Source: Owenia fusiformis
Lineage: Eukaryota
Direction of reading: 5' to 3'
NCBI GenBank assembly: GCA_903813345.2
Contig: CAIIXF020000001.1
Span: 43,462,001-43,526,000, forward strand
DNA length: 64,000 nucleotides
The position numbers and the translations under genes were made by a program. The notes beneath the pieces are model-generated. The model was not told where the DNA came from and made no database searches. It worked only from the letters and a program-made list of their open reading frames with translations. Shown piece by piece: positions 40,598-54,300 of the stretch (position 1 is its first letter; every line of letters begins with the position of its first letter).

Positions 40598-43500
40598 AGA
40601 TAACCTCTGCCATAACATTGTTCAGTTGAACCCCTGATTACCAACTTATCACAATCATTGTGACATCACAGTTCACAGAGGATCAATCTTTCAAACAAAA
40701 TAACCAACCCTTTCCTAAATATTAACACTATGTTATCAGATAAAAGATGCAAAAATATGTTACTCACCAAATATAGAAATTAGATATTTTACCAATGCTG
40801 TCTCTTATAATAACCCAACAAATGGAAAAAAGTCAATATTCCGTCTTTTTCAGTGTAGCTATCCTTGGGCAAGAACTTGAAATGACATCATTGGTTTTTC
40901 ACAACTCGCCTACAATTCCTCAATAAAACAGTTAATACCTATATCGTTCCAGCGTGGCTGACATTGATTTCTGTCTATAGATGCACTAGCACAGCTATAG
41001 GCTCCCAAGTCTATTCTGGCACGTGGATGAAATGATGAAACAGCATCCATTCACTGACTGAGATAATCCACAGCTATGAATCATCTACATGTATATTCTG
41101 AATTCTGGTCCAGAAAGTATCCTATCAAATGATTGCTTTACTCATATGATGGCCCCTTAAATCTTAATAAATGATAAAATGAGTACATTATTTTGGACCT
41201 CATTCGGTTTTATAATAATGATATGTGAAGTCATGAATTTGCTGTTTTAGCTACCATAATCTGTATTCGTTATATCCTTCATTGTGTGAAATTCACCACG
41301 AAAACATAAATATTTGTAGGAATTATCACAAATCCCAAAGGTGGGATAATCCAGGTAGGATTACTGAGAGAGGGATTAATAAAACTAGCTAAATCTCTAT
41401 GGCACATTGACTGAATTTTCAGAATGAATTGTTGAGAACCTGAGTTGACAACATCATAAGACGATGTATTTTATTAACTAGTATAATATTCCCTATTAAA
41501 GTGGAAGGCTCTACCAGCAGATAAAAATACAGAACCTTTCACAAATGACAAGAAAATATAGGTGACTTCAACATGTTCAAACAGGCTCCTTTTATTTACA
41601 AAGCCAAAATATTGTTTAATTCTGAATATGAATCATTCACATTTTGCAATGGTTTACTTTCATTCCAATTGTTTTTTAATGAAGATTTGAACTGAGCTCA
41701 TAATAATTTTAATGGTTTATGTATAAAACAAATCAAAATTAGTATTTTTACAAGATGATCATTTTTTAATTCCATGTATCAATCTCATAGTCTGAACCAA
41801 GGGAAAGATCAATACCCGGTGATTTCAGTGGGAAGTGGCGTTTCGTTCAGTGGATGAGCTGCGCGCGCACGCATAAATGTGATTATCCAATATAATTAGG
41901 GGAGGGCTATTTGAAATAGTTTTTGGTCTCAGGCGCGACCCAGGGCTGTTGTCTTAAGGACATTTCGTTGAAAATGAGCCATTCGGCTGATAATTGGTAA
42001 GAGTTTGCGATCTTATAATGTATAACTGTTACTCAGACACATATTTTGACACGATTCTGTTGGAAATAAGCATTGAACCGAGAGATATTCACGATTGATA
42101 TGCACATTTTTGATTGTGCCATTGCTTTTCCATTGCACAATCCATGTATTGATAGAAGAAACATTAATAATGCAGATTGGTTTACCTTCAATACATGGCA
42201 GACACTACATATCGGTCTATTAATACCAGTTTCTGCCTTAAATAGTTTTATATTTCCATCCACGGCCTGGAGCCTGGGTGTGTTTGTCTCTTATGTGTAT
42301 GCTTGTGCATGGACTTCTAATCACTAGCAGAATTTATCATGATGCAAACTCGACATTATAACTCATGCTGTAACATTTTGACTTCGCTGGAAAACAATAG
42401 GAATTATTTTTCTTGCCAATCAATCATGAATCACAATCAAAATTTCAGAATGAGCAATCAGGCAATGATCCAAATCAAGTTATAACATTATATGATATTC
42501 AGCAAGAAGTCCGGTAGAAATACAGAATATTTAAACATCAAAGCTGAAAGTTAAAAGCTAATCTGTCAATTTTCTGTCTGCAAAAGAGCGTTTACATTTG
42601 ACACAATAACAGACTGAGGCTTTGAAATCTAGGATTCCCCAGGAAAATATGACGTCATACTAATTAGCATAAGGATTTCCCTATTGGTTTGGGTCGAGCC
42701 TTGTTCGAAAACACAATCCATAAATACATGCTAATTTCTAAGGAGATAGGAAGTGTATAACGTGTTTATCGATTTTGTTTAAATATTTAATCAATTATCA
42801 AATTGTTTAAGTGGATAAAGTGGTCACACTTGCTTCAATTCATAGCGAAATCGACGGATAGAAACTGACCGAATTCCCGATATCCTACCCCGTATTACTG
42901 TAGGCTATAAGCACAGTGACCTACAGAGGGCGCTATCACAAACAAGTACTGCACGAACCGATAAATTCCCGGGTATTGTAACGCCCTTGTCTGAACCTCC
43001 ATCTATACATAACCATATTTGGCAAACAGTGCGAGTAGAGACAAAAGTTAATCCCCCAGTCATTAAGGCAACTGTACAGAGGCTGTAGCTTCTCAAAATT
43101 AAGAGAAATATGCAGCATAAAATATAGGGATAAGCAGTATGATGATCAATTCTGTGATGCTACAGCCCATACAGCGCTGTAGAGCAAATGTAGAAACCAA
43201 AAACAAGCAAGAAACCAATCAGGCCAGTGACCAAAATCAGCCCCCCCCCCATAGAATCCATACTGTAAAACCAGTGTATTCCTTCAATCATGTACCTCCA
43301 TGGATAGAATCAGGTTAACACTGAAACCATCAATGAAAGAAATTAGCGTTCCCTAAGTTGATGAGATTACTCTTAATCCTATAAAGCCACAAATAGGTCA
43401 ATACGTATGTTTTCCACAATATTACATAGTTTAAAGCCCTTCCATATGCACAACAAGCTCATGTTCTTAGAGCTTGCTGAATGAAATCCTGAATCAGCCA

Positions 43501-44238
43501 TGTAAAATATACTAAACTGGATGATATTGTGTTAGATTTATGTATGTAAATAACAGCTTAGTCTATTAAAATGTTCTCATTGACATCTATAACATAAATC
43601 TATAAAACATACTAGTACAATATATAAATATAATTTACAATGATAGATCCATAAAAATATCACAGTTGATACAAAACTGAACAGACTAAAGACAGGACTG
43701 ATCCTACATAAAATGAAATAAAATAGTTTTGAATTAAATTACAATGTTATAAACATAACCTGGCCAGCATATCTAATCTTCGTATATAACATGTTAGGGG
43801 GTCTGGTTATTTTATTTATTTTAAGTTACTAATGCAATCAATTACATTTCATGGGTTAATAAGTCTGAAAAAATATTGACATGTACATCTCATCAGGTGG
43901 GTTATATACAAATGATGAAATGTTTAAGTATTTTATGTCACGAGTAATAATAAATTGCCATTGCTTTTGCCTAAAACATAAGAATGCTGATGGTTGAATG
44001 GATGGAACTTATACATTTACAGTGGTATATACATGTATACTATGTATCATAACAACACTTGCACGTTGAAAGTAAATATACAAAAAAAGTTTTTTATTCT
44101 TGTCTTATCAGCAATTTTTCTATGTGGCTGATCAAAGTGATGTAAACTCAGAGAGGCTGTCAGAGGCGTGAACCTAGCAAATTGAGGTGAAATATGTTTA
44201 TTCAACTCATGTACAGTTATCACTAAATGTTTCACAGA

Positions 44239-44776
44239 CACTGCTACCCACCTATTACACAGACGTATCGTCGGTGTATCATGGCGGAACTTCCTCCGGG
44301 ACTAGGTTTCGGTAAGATTTTTTATTTCCCGATTTACACCTACTTATAAGTCACGTTGTAGATAATAATTTGGCTCGAAGTTAAGGAAGATAGTCTAGTT
44401 TGAGAATAGGTCGATGGTTTTAGGTTTTATATGTTAACAAAGACACAATTCACGTATTTAGTCCCTCGCTTTTCTTACACTGACGAACGACCAATATCTG
44501 TGTAATATTGGCAATATTAATGCCGATCGTCAGTGTAAGAAAAGCGAGGGACTAAATACGTGAATTGTGTCTTTGTTAACATATAAAACCTAAAACCATC
44601 GACGCATTCTCAAACTAGACTATCTTCCTTAACTTCGAGCCAAATTATTATCCACAATGTGACTTATAAGTAGGTGTAAATCGGGAAATAAAAAAATCTT
44701 ACCGAAACCTAGTCCCGGAGGAAGTTCCGCCATGATACACCGACGATACGTCTGTGTAATTAGGTGGGTAGCAGTG
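44239..44776. mobile_element. Foldback MITE, near-perfect 538-bp palindrome, Transib-like ends
   Basis: Arms 44239-44486 and 44527-44776 are near-identical inverted copies; termini CACTG...CAGTG; 5-bp TSD ACAGA. Confidence 0.88.
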
Positions 44777-46144
44777 ACAGAGCCTTAGGTCAAACCAATG
44801 GTTCCCACTTCAGCCCTGAACATTACTGCTAATTTATGAGAATGCCCCAAAACAGAGAATGTGTTTAAATGGAAAATAAAATGAATTCAACTGTAATTGA
44901 TCTAATAAAATAGGAATTTTTACTTTTATCAAAGGGACAATTTTACTATCAAATGAAGGTTTATGAGCATTTAGGGTGTTCTAAATTCATCATCAGAACA
45001 CTCTGTTTAATGAATGTATCAAATATATGGGTCCATACTGAATCAATGAGCAAATAATTACAGTAATATGAAGTCTTACTCTCTGTCGCTATAAGGACTT
45101 GATCCAAAACTCAAAGCCAGAATTAACAAACTGAAACTTCTCCCAAATACAGGTACGGGAAAAAAATCTGTCAGTAAATATTGCTTGGACCAGCTGAAGT
45201 GTTCGTATTATAGTTGTGTTCACATTATAAGGATCCTTGTTAATTTTGACAATGAAGTCATTGGAACAAAATGGGACAAATTATATCCAAACTTCAAGTT
45301 CATCTTGATTCACAATGTTTCTCTTTAGGCCCAGTAGAAAGCAATGGTGCTTCAAGCTGCTAACTTTAGACTAGTACAAATACAAACACTAGATTGGTAA
45401 TTAATTATGTAATTAGGAACCGTTCAGTGGAAGAGTGTCCCAATGCCTACATTGGATCACTAATCTCAATTAATAATTCTATAACAGTTAAAACATTCTC
45501 AATTTCAGATTAAAACTCGTACATGTAAATCAGCACAGATGGATACACATTATATTTCCAGAAACAAAGATTAAAACAATGAAACAATTATATCATTGAA
45601 GGAATAAGAATGGCGAGAGGGTTTTAAATGTTCAAAGCAATCTTCAAATATCTTACCTAACATTAGTTACACTTTGATTACCTGAAATTGTTTTAATATG
45701 TATCAGTATCTTCTTGGCTTTCTTGAGATGAAATTGAATCCTTATGTATGTTAATATATAAATTATTCAAAATCCAAACCAGTCAGACTGCATGACATTG
45801 GCTTTAAAAATTTGAAGATATAAAATGTCAAGAAAAAAAACAAGACCTAACAATGATCTTAGATAACACTAGAAAAGCACCCAGAATGGTAATATCATGT
45901 TCTAGGACCAGATGTTGATCTAATTATGTCTTTAATATATCTACTGTCAGGTCAAGTTGTCCTGAGTCCAAAGACCAATACTTTTATTGATTCCTTAACA
46001 AGATATCACAAAACAACTTCAGTTAAACCTGAAATGGAACACTGCTGAAACCAGATAAACATGGAACCAGAAAATGGATTGAAAACTATTTATATAAGAC
46101 TGTTTGCTTTGTAGAAGAGTTCAAATAAGTGATATTAAGAGATA

Positions 46145-46317
46145 CAGTGAAACCTGTCTAAGTGGAACACCTTTGGTACCTCTTAAAGTGTTCAACTTGG
46201 AAGGTGTTCAACTTTGAGGTTCATTTAACATTAAGTCGGTTGGTCTTGGGACTCTGAGAAGTGTTCCACTAACAAAGGTGTTTCATTTCTAGGTGTTCAA
46301 CTTTACAGGTTTCACTG
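46145..46317. mobile_element. CAGTGAAACCTGT MITE
   Basis: TIRs CAGTGAAACCTGT...ACAGGTTTCACTG; TA on the left. Confidence 0.8.
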
Positions 46318-47959
46318 CACATATATTAAAAGAAACATTTAAAACTTAACACTCACAACATGATCCATCTTAATACTTATCACATCTTTTTCTTCCATTA
46401 GTAACATCAGTCTAATGACAGGGAAGAAAATGAGATGTCACAGTTTATCATGATGACATGAGCAGTCTCATTAAACTGTACTATTCTTTCCAGTTAATTT
46501 TAAATGTTAACTGATTATTTATTTGTTATACCTTTGTTATTTTAATTGTGTGTTGTCCAGTTGGTAATATCTAAATTCTTCTCCTTGGTATAATTTTATA
46601 TAAGGATCACACAACAAAACACATATGTACTCACTGTACTTTTCCTATTGGCATATTACTTTACAAATATTGGCTGACATGTTAAAGAATGGAGTGTAGG
46701 GGAATAGGGCTTATGTTACAAGTGTTGACACTTTGTGTTATTAAGATCTTAAAAGTATAAAATAAGGATAAAGTATTAGAATACCTACAGGTGCTTAGAA
46801 ACCACTTCATCCGAGGGTTATATGTGACACTACATGGCATGTCTAAACTATACAAAATCATGGTTTAATTGCTTCACATGCATGGCAAATGAATATGAAT
46901 GCTGAATTTGAAAATACTTCATTTTCTATGAAATAGTCATGTTATTTATAACCGGCCATTATATAGCTTCAATATTCTTGAATAACAGTTCCTGGCAAGA
47001 ATAAACATGGAGCTTAGCAATGTTTACATTTTCTAAAGCTTTTGTAGGTTAAGACACACACCATCATAGAAATCTTGACACAGTTCCCCATTCTTACAGG
47101 GAATATAGAATAAATATGAACCTTTTATAGCTCTGACATGAAGAACGTCTTGTTAACATTTCACTCACCACTAGTTCTTAACTTTGTTTAATAAAGAATA
47201 GTCTTAACTCATTTATCTCATGGATTAAAAATCTAATGAAGCATAAATTATATACACATCTCATCCATCTCCGATTGCTCCACAACACCCTTTATAGGGT
47301 CACCATAAATAAATGACACCCTTTTTGCTGAAGTGAGGATTTCCCATGTTAAAAGAAGAAAATTTTCATACATCAGTTCAGTGGTTGAGATATACAAAAT
47401 GTAAAATATACAAAATTTAAGGGATATTTATCTAGACATTACAGGAAAGTATGAGGTCTCAAATCACCATGTCTGAGAATGGTGATAGAAAATCAAGATG
47501 CAGTGATCTCCCCATGTAACTTTTACCAGGGGCTCCCCCTACTTGAAAACAAAGGCCCCCAAGTTGGCACCCAGTTGGAATCTGCACTTCAACTTCTGAT
47601 TTGAAAAATGAGTGAAGTAAGCACCTACACTGAGATATTGTGAGCGTAGCGAGTGCTGATTTTTTCAGACTTGAAATCTTGCACACAGTTGAAAATTTTT
47701 TTTGAGGAGAACACTGAGATGCCATTTATTCATGGTGGGCACTGTACTTTTATGTCTTCATCGAATTGGAAAATAAGAAGGATCAGATGGGAAGAAACCC
47801 CTCGCTTAATTTTGAATGAAACATGATGATTCTTGTATTCCTTATAATATTGCCAGATCTAGATTTCTACAAATTGTTCAAAACTGCCTGTCAAGCTTGC
47901 ATTGGAAAGTGAAAAGTCAAAATGAAAGTCAATATTTGCTAAAAATAGTGAAAACTAAC

Positions 47960-48392
47960 CTTAAAATGTATACAATTTGGGTAGAGACTATACTTTTAAC
48001 TCCGAATTCAAGTTGTTGTCAATTCTGTCGTACTTCCTTGTCTATTATCCTGCGAAATCGTGAGTTATAACCAACGGAATTTCGAACTTCCGAAATGAGT
48101 GAACTCAGAACAGGAACTGGGACTGGCAATCAATTACGCATGCGTAGTAAACTTTCAAGATGAATAAAGATGTCACTAGTGTACATGGGATTAGCCCAAT
48201 GTTCAAGCCTTGAGCTCAATATAAGCACAGTATGCTGTTTATAGGAGATCAAACGTCATGCTTATTAGAAACTTGCTGTTTTTCAATATATATATATACG
48301 TATAAAGTTTTGAATGAAGGAAACGTTTCTTCACAGCATTTTCCTGTTTAGATTTATGGCGTAATCCGGTAGAATTGACCTACTTTTGAAAA
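47960..48392. promoter_or_regulatory. Putative bidirectional promoter (SMG8 on +, non-coding first exon on -)
   Basis: Local CpG enrichment, NRF1-like palindrome TACGCATGCGTA at 48135-48146, CGGAA/TTCCG motifs and a minus-strand donor TTAAG|GTTAGT at 47960/47959. Confidence 0.5.
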
Positions 48393-51300
48393 ATGTCCAG
48401 AAATTTTACATTTCCAATTAATTCAACAGTTCTCAAGTAAGTATGATATATTTGATTAAATAAGTATTAATACTGATTCAATGCTTGCTACCCGTAGCCA
48501 TGTCATGTGGTTTTTTGTATCCATTGACTGCCCCCAAAAATGTGGGGATATTTTTTTTCATTTTCAAACCCCACAGGTTTCCAAAAAACCTTGGTATCAC
48601 GGGAAAATTCGAGGTATTGTTAGACTTTTCCAATATATATCACCACATCGATTATATGAATGCGTCTAATTTGAAGTTTCAATAAAGAAACCATATAAGA
48701 TACAGAATTATTGAAGATCGTCCGACAATGCCCCGTGTCCAAGATTACCCCTATGTCTTAGAATTTAGCTCATTGTGACAACTTTTGATGGTTGAGGTTT
48801 AATAATGTCTCCAACTGTACAGCCCATTTCATTGCTTTGTTTCATCAGTAAAACCCCAAAAATGGGAAATCAAAGGATCATTGTGCAATAATATATGGAA
48901 AAATATATTCCTATTGTACATAAATGACATTTGTTGGATTGCTTTTACAGTAAAATTTTAAATGTTTGGAACTAGTTTGAATCTAAAAAAAGCAATTAAA
49001 GGATCATATTGAAACAGAATATGTAAAAATAGAAACATTTATACATGTCCTAACTTTTGTATATTTTAATTTGCTTTGTAGTTTAGCTATCATATCTGTG
49101 GCCTCTTATATTTTGATGCTTCTCTGCTGTGTTATTTAAAAAAAAAATTAACATGGCTGAAACAAAATTACAAAAGGCCACAGCTTTGCTGCACAAGTTA
49201 TTTGAAACTATCTATCTATCTGAAATATACAAAAGTTAGGACTTGTACATATATTTCCATTTTTCATATACTGTTGCAATATAATCATTTGATTGCTTCT
49301 TTTTAAATTCAAAGTACAGCAAAACCTGTCTAATCCGAATGCCATTGGGATCGGATAAAAGCATTCAGATTAGGAGGTGTTCACATTTCAAGGTTTTTGC
49401 ATTCGCAATATTGGAGTCTGAAGAAATGTGAACACACATACTCAGTAAATATTTATACTTCTTTTGACCACATAGCTTTATGACATTCCAGAAATTTGAA
49501 AATTTGATTCAAATGAATCTAGTCATGCTGGAAAGCCCCATTATGAATGAGACCATTAAAGATTATGTCCCAAAGTTTTGATATCATGACAAAATTTGAG
49601 CAATTTTGTATGAAACATCAGAAATTTTATGAAAAATGTTCAGATTAGACAGGTGAATTTTGGCTGTTTATGACTGTTCACTGAGCAAATTGGGAGGTGT
49701 TCACATTTCAAGGTTTTTTAACATGCGAGTCAATGGGAGGAAAAATGGGACCGAAAAAAGTGTTCAGTTTGTGAGGTCTTCGGATTAGCCAGGCGTTCAG
49801 ATATACAGGTTCTACTGTAGTTCCAAACATTTAATGGCTAATGTGGCTTCTTATATTTTGATGCTTCTCAACCATAGTTTTTTCAAAAAGATTAACTTGG
49901 CTGAAATTCTTTTAATTACAAGAGGGCAAAACAAATGTCATTCATGTACAATATGAATATACTTTCCCATATATTATTGCACAATGGTCTCCTGATTTCT
50001 TATTTTTGGGGTTCTAGTGACGAAATAAAGCAGTGAAATGGGCTGTAGATGTCGGCAAAATTCTGATTTGTAGTAGAATCAGAAGCTCAATGAATATTCC
50101 ACAAGATGAGACACCAATTTTAAAATGACGATTGTGCAGCAATTTCACAAAAATATGAGACAAATCATACCTCATTCGAAGTGTCTTGTTATTCTATACC
50201 TCTCTGATTACTAATAATGGTAGACAAGCCATCCTGCGATGACACACATAATTATGTCTCTTGCTTACCACCTTCGTTTGTTCAAAAAAAAAATTCACCC
50301 GCTAGTTTCCAAAAACATATCGACTGTTTCTTTATCTTATTGTGAAATAAGAAACTATGATATTGGTTAACATGCCAGAAATGAACATAATATCTAATTA
50401 TAATATTTGCGATGACCAATACCAGAGATTGAGACAATGATCCAGTCAAAAATTGAGATGACAAATAAATTTAACATACATGTATGGTATAGGCACGAGA
50501 GAAGAATGAGACAACAGTATTTCTACCATTTCCAACCTTGGATTAACCCACTTAAGCGTATTCATCAAGAGAAAACTGTCTAATGTGACCTGCAAAGGTT
50601 TATATTTTACAATGAGTATTTATATTTTCAGTAACTTTCCAAAACTAGATGACAAAGTATGTGTTGTATCTATTATTGGAAAAAGTCGTTACAATCTGAA
50701 CTCATCTAAGGCATCCATTCTCAACAGTAATATAAATATAGATGCATTCAGGGTAAGTATTATGATGTAATTTTATCGATTTAAAACTTGAATAATTTCA
50801 TTTTCATACTTGAGATTGTCCTGTTATGATGGATCAAACATTATTTTATTAGCGATTTTCAAATAAATAATTGTAGATGAAGTACAGTGATTGAATGTAT
50901 TATGTCAGTAACTAGAACTCATGTCTGTATGTCCCATTATTAAAATAAATTCTCCATTTGAAAATTTAACATTCTTAATAACAATGTGCACTGTACTTCA
51001 AGAAATGAACATTTTGTAACTGCTTCGGTTAAACAATATGCTACAGAGAAAAAATGAATTTTCTGAATTGCTAAAATTCGCTCTCTAATTTCACTTTTGT
51101 CATTTTTATGTTAACAGGGGTGGAATGAAGATGACACAGATACATCAGTGGATCATACAGTAAGTTCATTGCATCAACAACGTTTAGATTCATTACTTTT
51201 AGCACTTTTGAATTTTATTTGTACAGGTTTCAAAGTTTTCTGTTTATTGAATCTCAAGAGTTTCAGAATAGATTAGAAATCAGTCCCTGTAAGGAATCTT

Positions 51301-54300
51301 GGACACCAGAAAATATATTCAGTCCTTTTGTAAGCAATACATCAGAAAGTATATACTATTTCAGATTAATATGTTATTTCAGCTACATGTATATTTAGTC
51401 TCTAGATTAGAAAAGTGAACTCATTTGTAAACCTGCAATAAGAGATAATTTAACAATGTGGGAAGAGATTCAGCTGGTTGAGATTTGATGGGACATAAAA
51501 TATTGTACATTAGCCTAAGAGTAATTTTAGACTGTTTTAGTGTCTTAAGGTCTTAAGTTACCATTACACTCTAAATCTTGGACATTCTATATGAATTCAG
51601 TATTCAAACATGACTATGCTCTAATTGAATTTCTCAACCAATCAGAATGCAGCATAGCCAATCCTGATCATTCTCTATTTCGCCATACATGCACAACCAT
51701 GCTCTATTCAATCATCCGGTTATCTATATATTGTGACATCACACCTATGAATGGCGAAAACAACAAGTTTGGTTATTTTATGGACCCATTCTGAATTCTC
51801 TGAACAATGTTTTTATTTTTATGTTCAAATTGGAATAAATAATGGTAGGGCATTCAATATGGTGAAATTCTACACTGGTTGGACAGAAAGTCAGTACAAA
51901 TGCACTCACCTTCAGTTTGTGCTTTTAGTCTATTTGTACAACATTCTGTCCAACTCATGCTGAATTTCACCATATTGAAATCATTATTTATTCCTTAATT
52001 TAATAATTTCAGTGCCACATTGAAGGGTTCTATGATGATGCCAACCATGTGATCTATCTCCACTTCCTGTCAGCCTATGATACATGTTCCCTGGCCAATG
52101 TCTGTGAGAGTGTTCACAAGAGACTCACAGAACATGGATATTGGCAGTTATGGCAGGACAGTGAGCATAAGCATGCCAGAGCTCTTCTCTACTTATTCTC
52201 AGTCTCACATATTATCATGGTAAGGTTACTACTAAATACTAATTGATTAACGTACATTAATGCATAAGGTTAGAAAAAATACATTTGTCTGTGATATAAG
52301 AGCAAGTTGGAATGGGTCTGTCTTTATATTCAATGAATTTTCATTTAAAAGGTGATTAGTTCAGCACGCCAAAAAAAACGCCACTTTTTTTTCAAGACAC
52401 TACAACTTTTTTATTTTCCAACCTACATACCCCAAATTTTGCAGTTATATAGTGTCAAGGGTTCTTAGTAATAATATAATGTAACAGGTCCTTCAACTTT
52501 GATTATATTTGATCTAAAAGGGGAGTTCAATTGGTCTGCCACCCTAATTAATGATATATTTTAGTCTTAGTCACCTTGCTGATGTTGCAGTATCAATGAA
52601 ATGTTAGCTAAGTTTTTTTCAACCTGTCTTAATTGCCAGCTTTAGTTGAGCAATTTTCTAGATGGGGTGCCTTCATACAATCTCCTGGAGACCTTCCCAT
52701 ACCCTATACTCACTGGGATTTGCATCAGGGCTATTAGCTTAACGATCATCAGGCCGTATCAGTTCAGGAACATTTTGCAAATTATGCTTATTTCTCATGG
52801 CACACCACATGTTTAAGTGAGACGCTGGGGACATATTTTATTCAAGTAAAAGATTTAATTTATGATCCATGTCTAGATAACAACCTCAAGTTTCATTTGG
52901 TATGCAAATTATGATTTAATATCAAAAAATAAAAAAGTTATAGCATTTTGAAAAAAAAGTGGCGTTTTTTTGGCCCACCCTGTATATAAATTAGAGCATT
53001 ATTCATTTTTACTAAACAGATTGAATGTCTTCACAACACATCCTAATTATGTGGTAAAATGTAGAATAAATGTAGAATAGATGTATAATGCTTATGCAGC
53101 CCATTCTTTCGATATTTCGCACATCAGTGATACAAACAAGAAAGACTGGTAAATCAGGATGGTGTACATGTATACAGTAAAACCTGTCTGATGGAACACC
53201 TCTTTGCATAGAACACCTGTCCACATTAAACAATTTTCATAGAGAGCATTCCATATACTCAGATTTGACTCTATATATTTTGTCATTATTCTAGATGACA
53301 CAACCTGGGAGTTCATTGGACATCACATGTGTGAGACTATTCAGGATCCTAGATGAGATTCGAAAGAAGCTGCAGATGGCTGTGGGGGACATACTCAAAG
53401 ACCTTGGAGCACCTAGAGAATGGTGCCTTGCTGCCCGGCCATGTTCACCCAGGGTGCTGTTTGTCTTCGAGACATGCTTGCTCACAGAAACACCTGGTAA
53501 TGATAACAGTGCTTTTAATAGGCCACGGACACAGGTTAGTGCCATGTTCTATGCAGTAGTGCTTCCACATAATAGAGCCTGAATCACACATCAACTTGTT
53601 GCCAATGATCCAACTACATGTGCATATTCCTAAGTATTCATTGCTTATCCTCATATGATGCTATAATTGAGAACCACATTGTTGTTATACATGATTCTCA
53701 GAAATGTATCACCTTATATCAGTTGTATAAATGCTTTTAATATGATATTATAGAGAATTTGAAAAACTGTTTCAGGAAAGGATTTGCATTTATTTTCTTT
53801 CAGAAAATCTCTCCTTTAAAGAAGCTACAGCATTCAATAGAAGATCAGATATATAGAATCCTCAGAAAAGCAAGAATCATCACCAATATAAGGTTAAATA
53901 ACACATTTCTGATCTGTATCTTATCTAAACATGAAATACCATGATACTTCAAATAACAATGATTTTATTTAGTTGCCACTAAAATCTTCATAGTAAGCTG
54001 AATGTATGATATTCAAATGTCATTTTCCAAATAAATTGATATTATGAAAACAGTGCAGACTGAGATTACTTACATTATATGACATGAAAATAGATAGTTA
54101 ACCATTTTTACTGAATCCAGGATTCAGTGTAGCGTATAATGCTTTCAGACAGTTGTTTAAGATGTAATTATTTAAAAGGAATTTCATTTTCAGAGTAGTG
54201 ATATGCTTTTTATAGCTCACATGGTGAGCTTTGCAATTACTCACTTGTAATTTTTTATTTCAGCAACAATTCATTGTTTGCAGTGGCAGCCAACCAAGAG

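Noticed and set aside
44239..44270. RSS (heptamer-spacer-nonamer) in the palindrome end
   Set aside because: Only CAC matches well; no ACAAAAACC-like nonamer at 12 or 23 bp.
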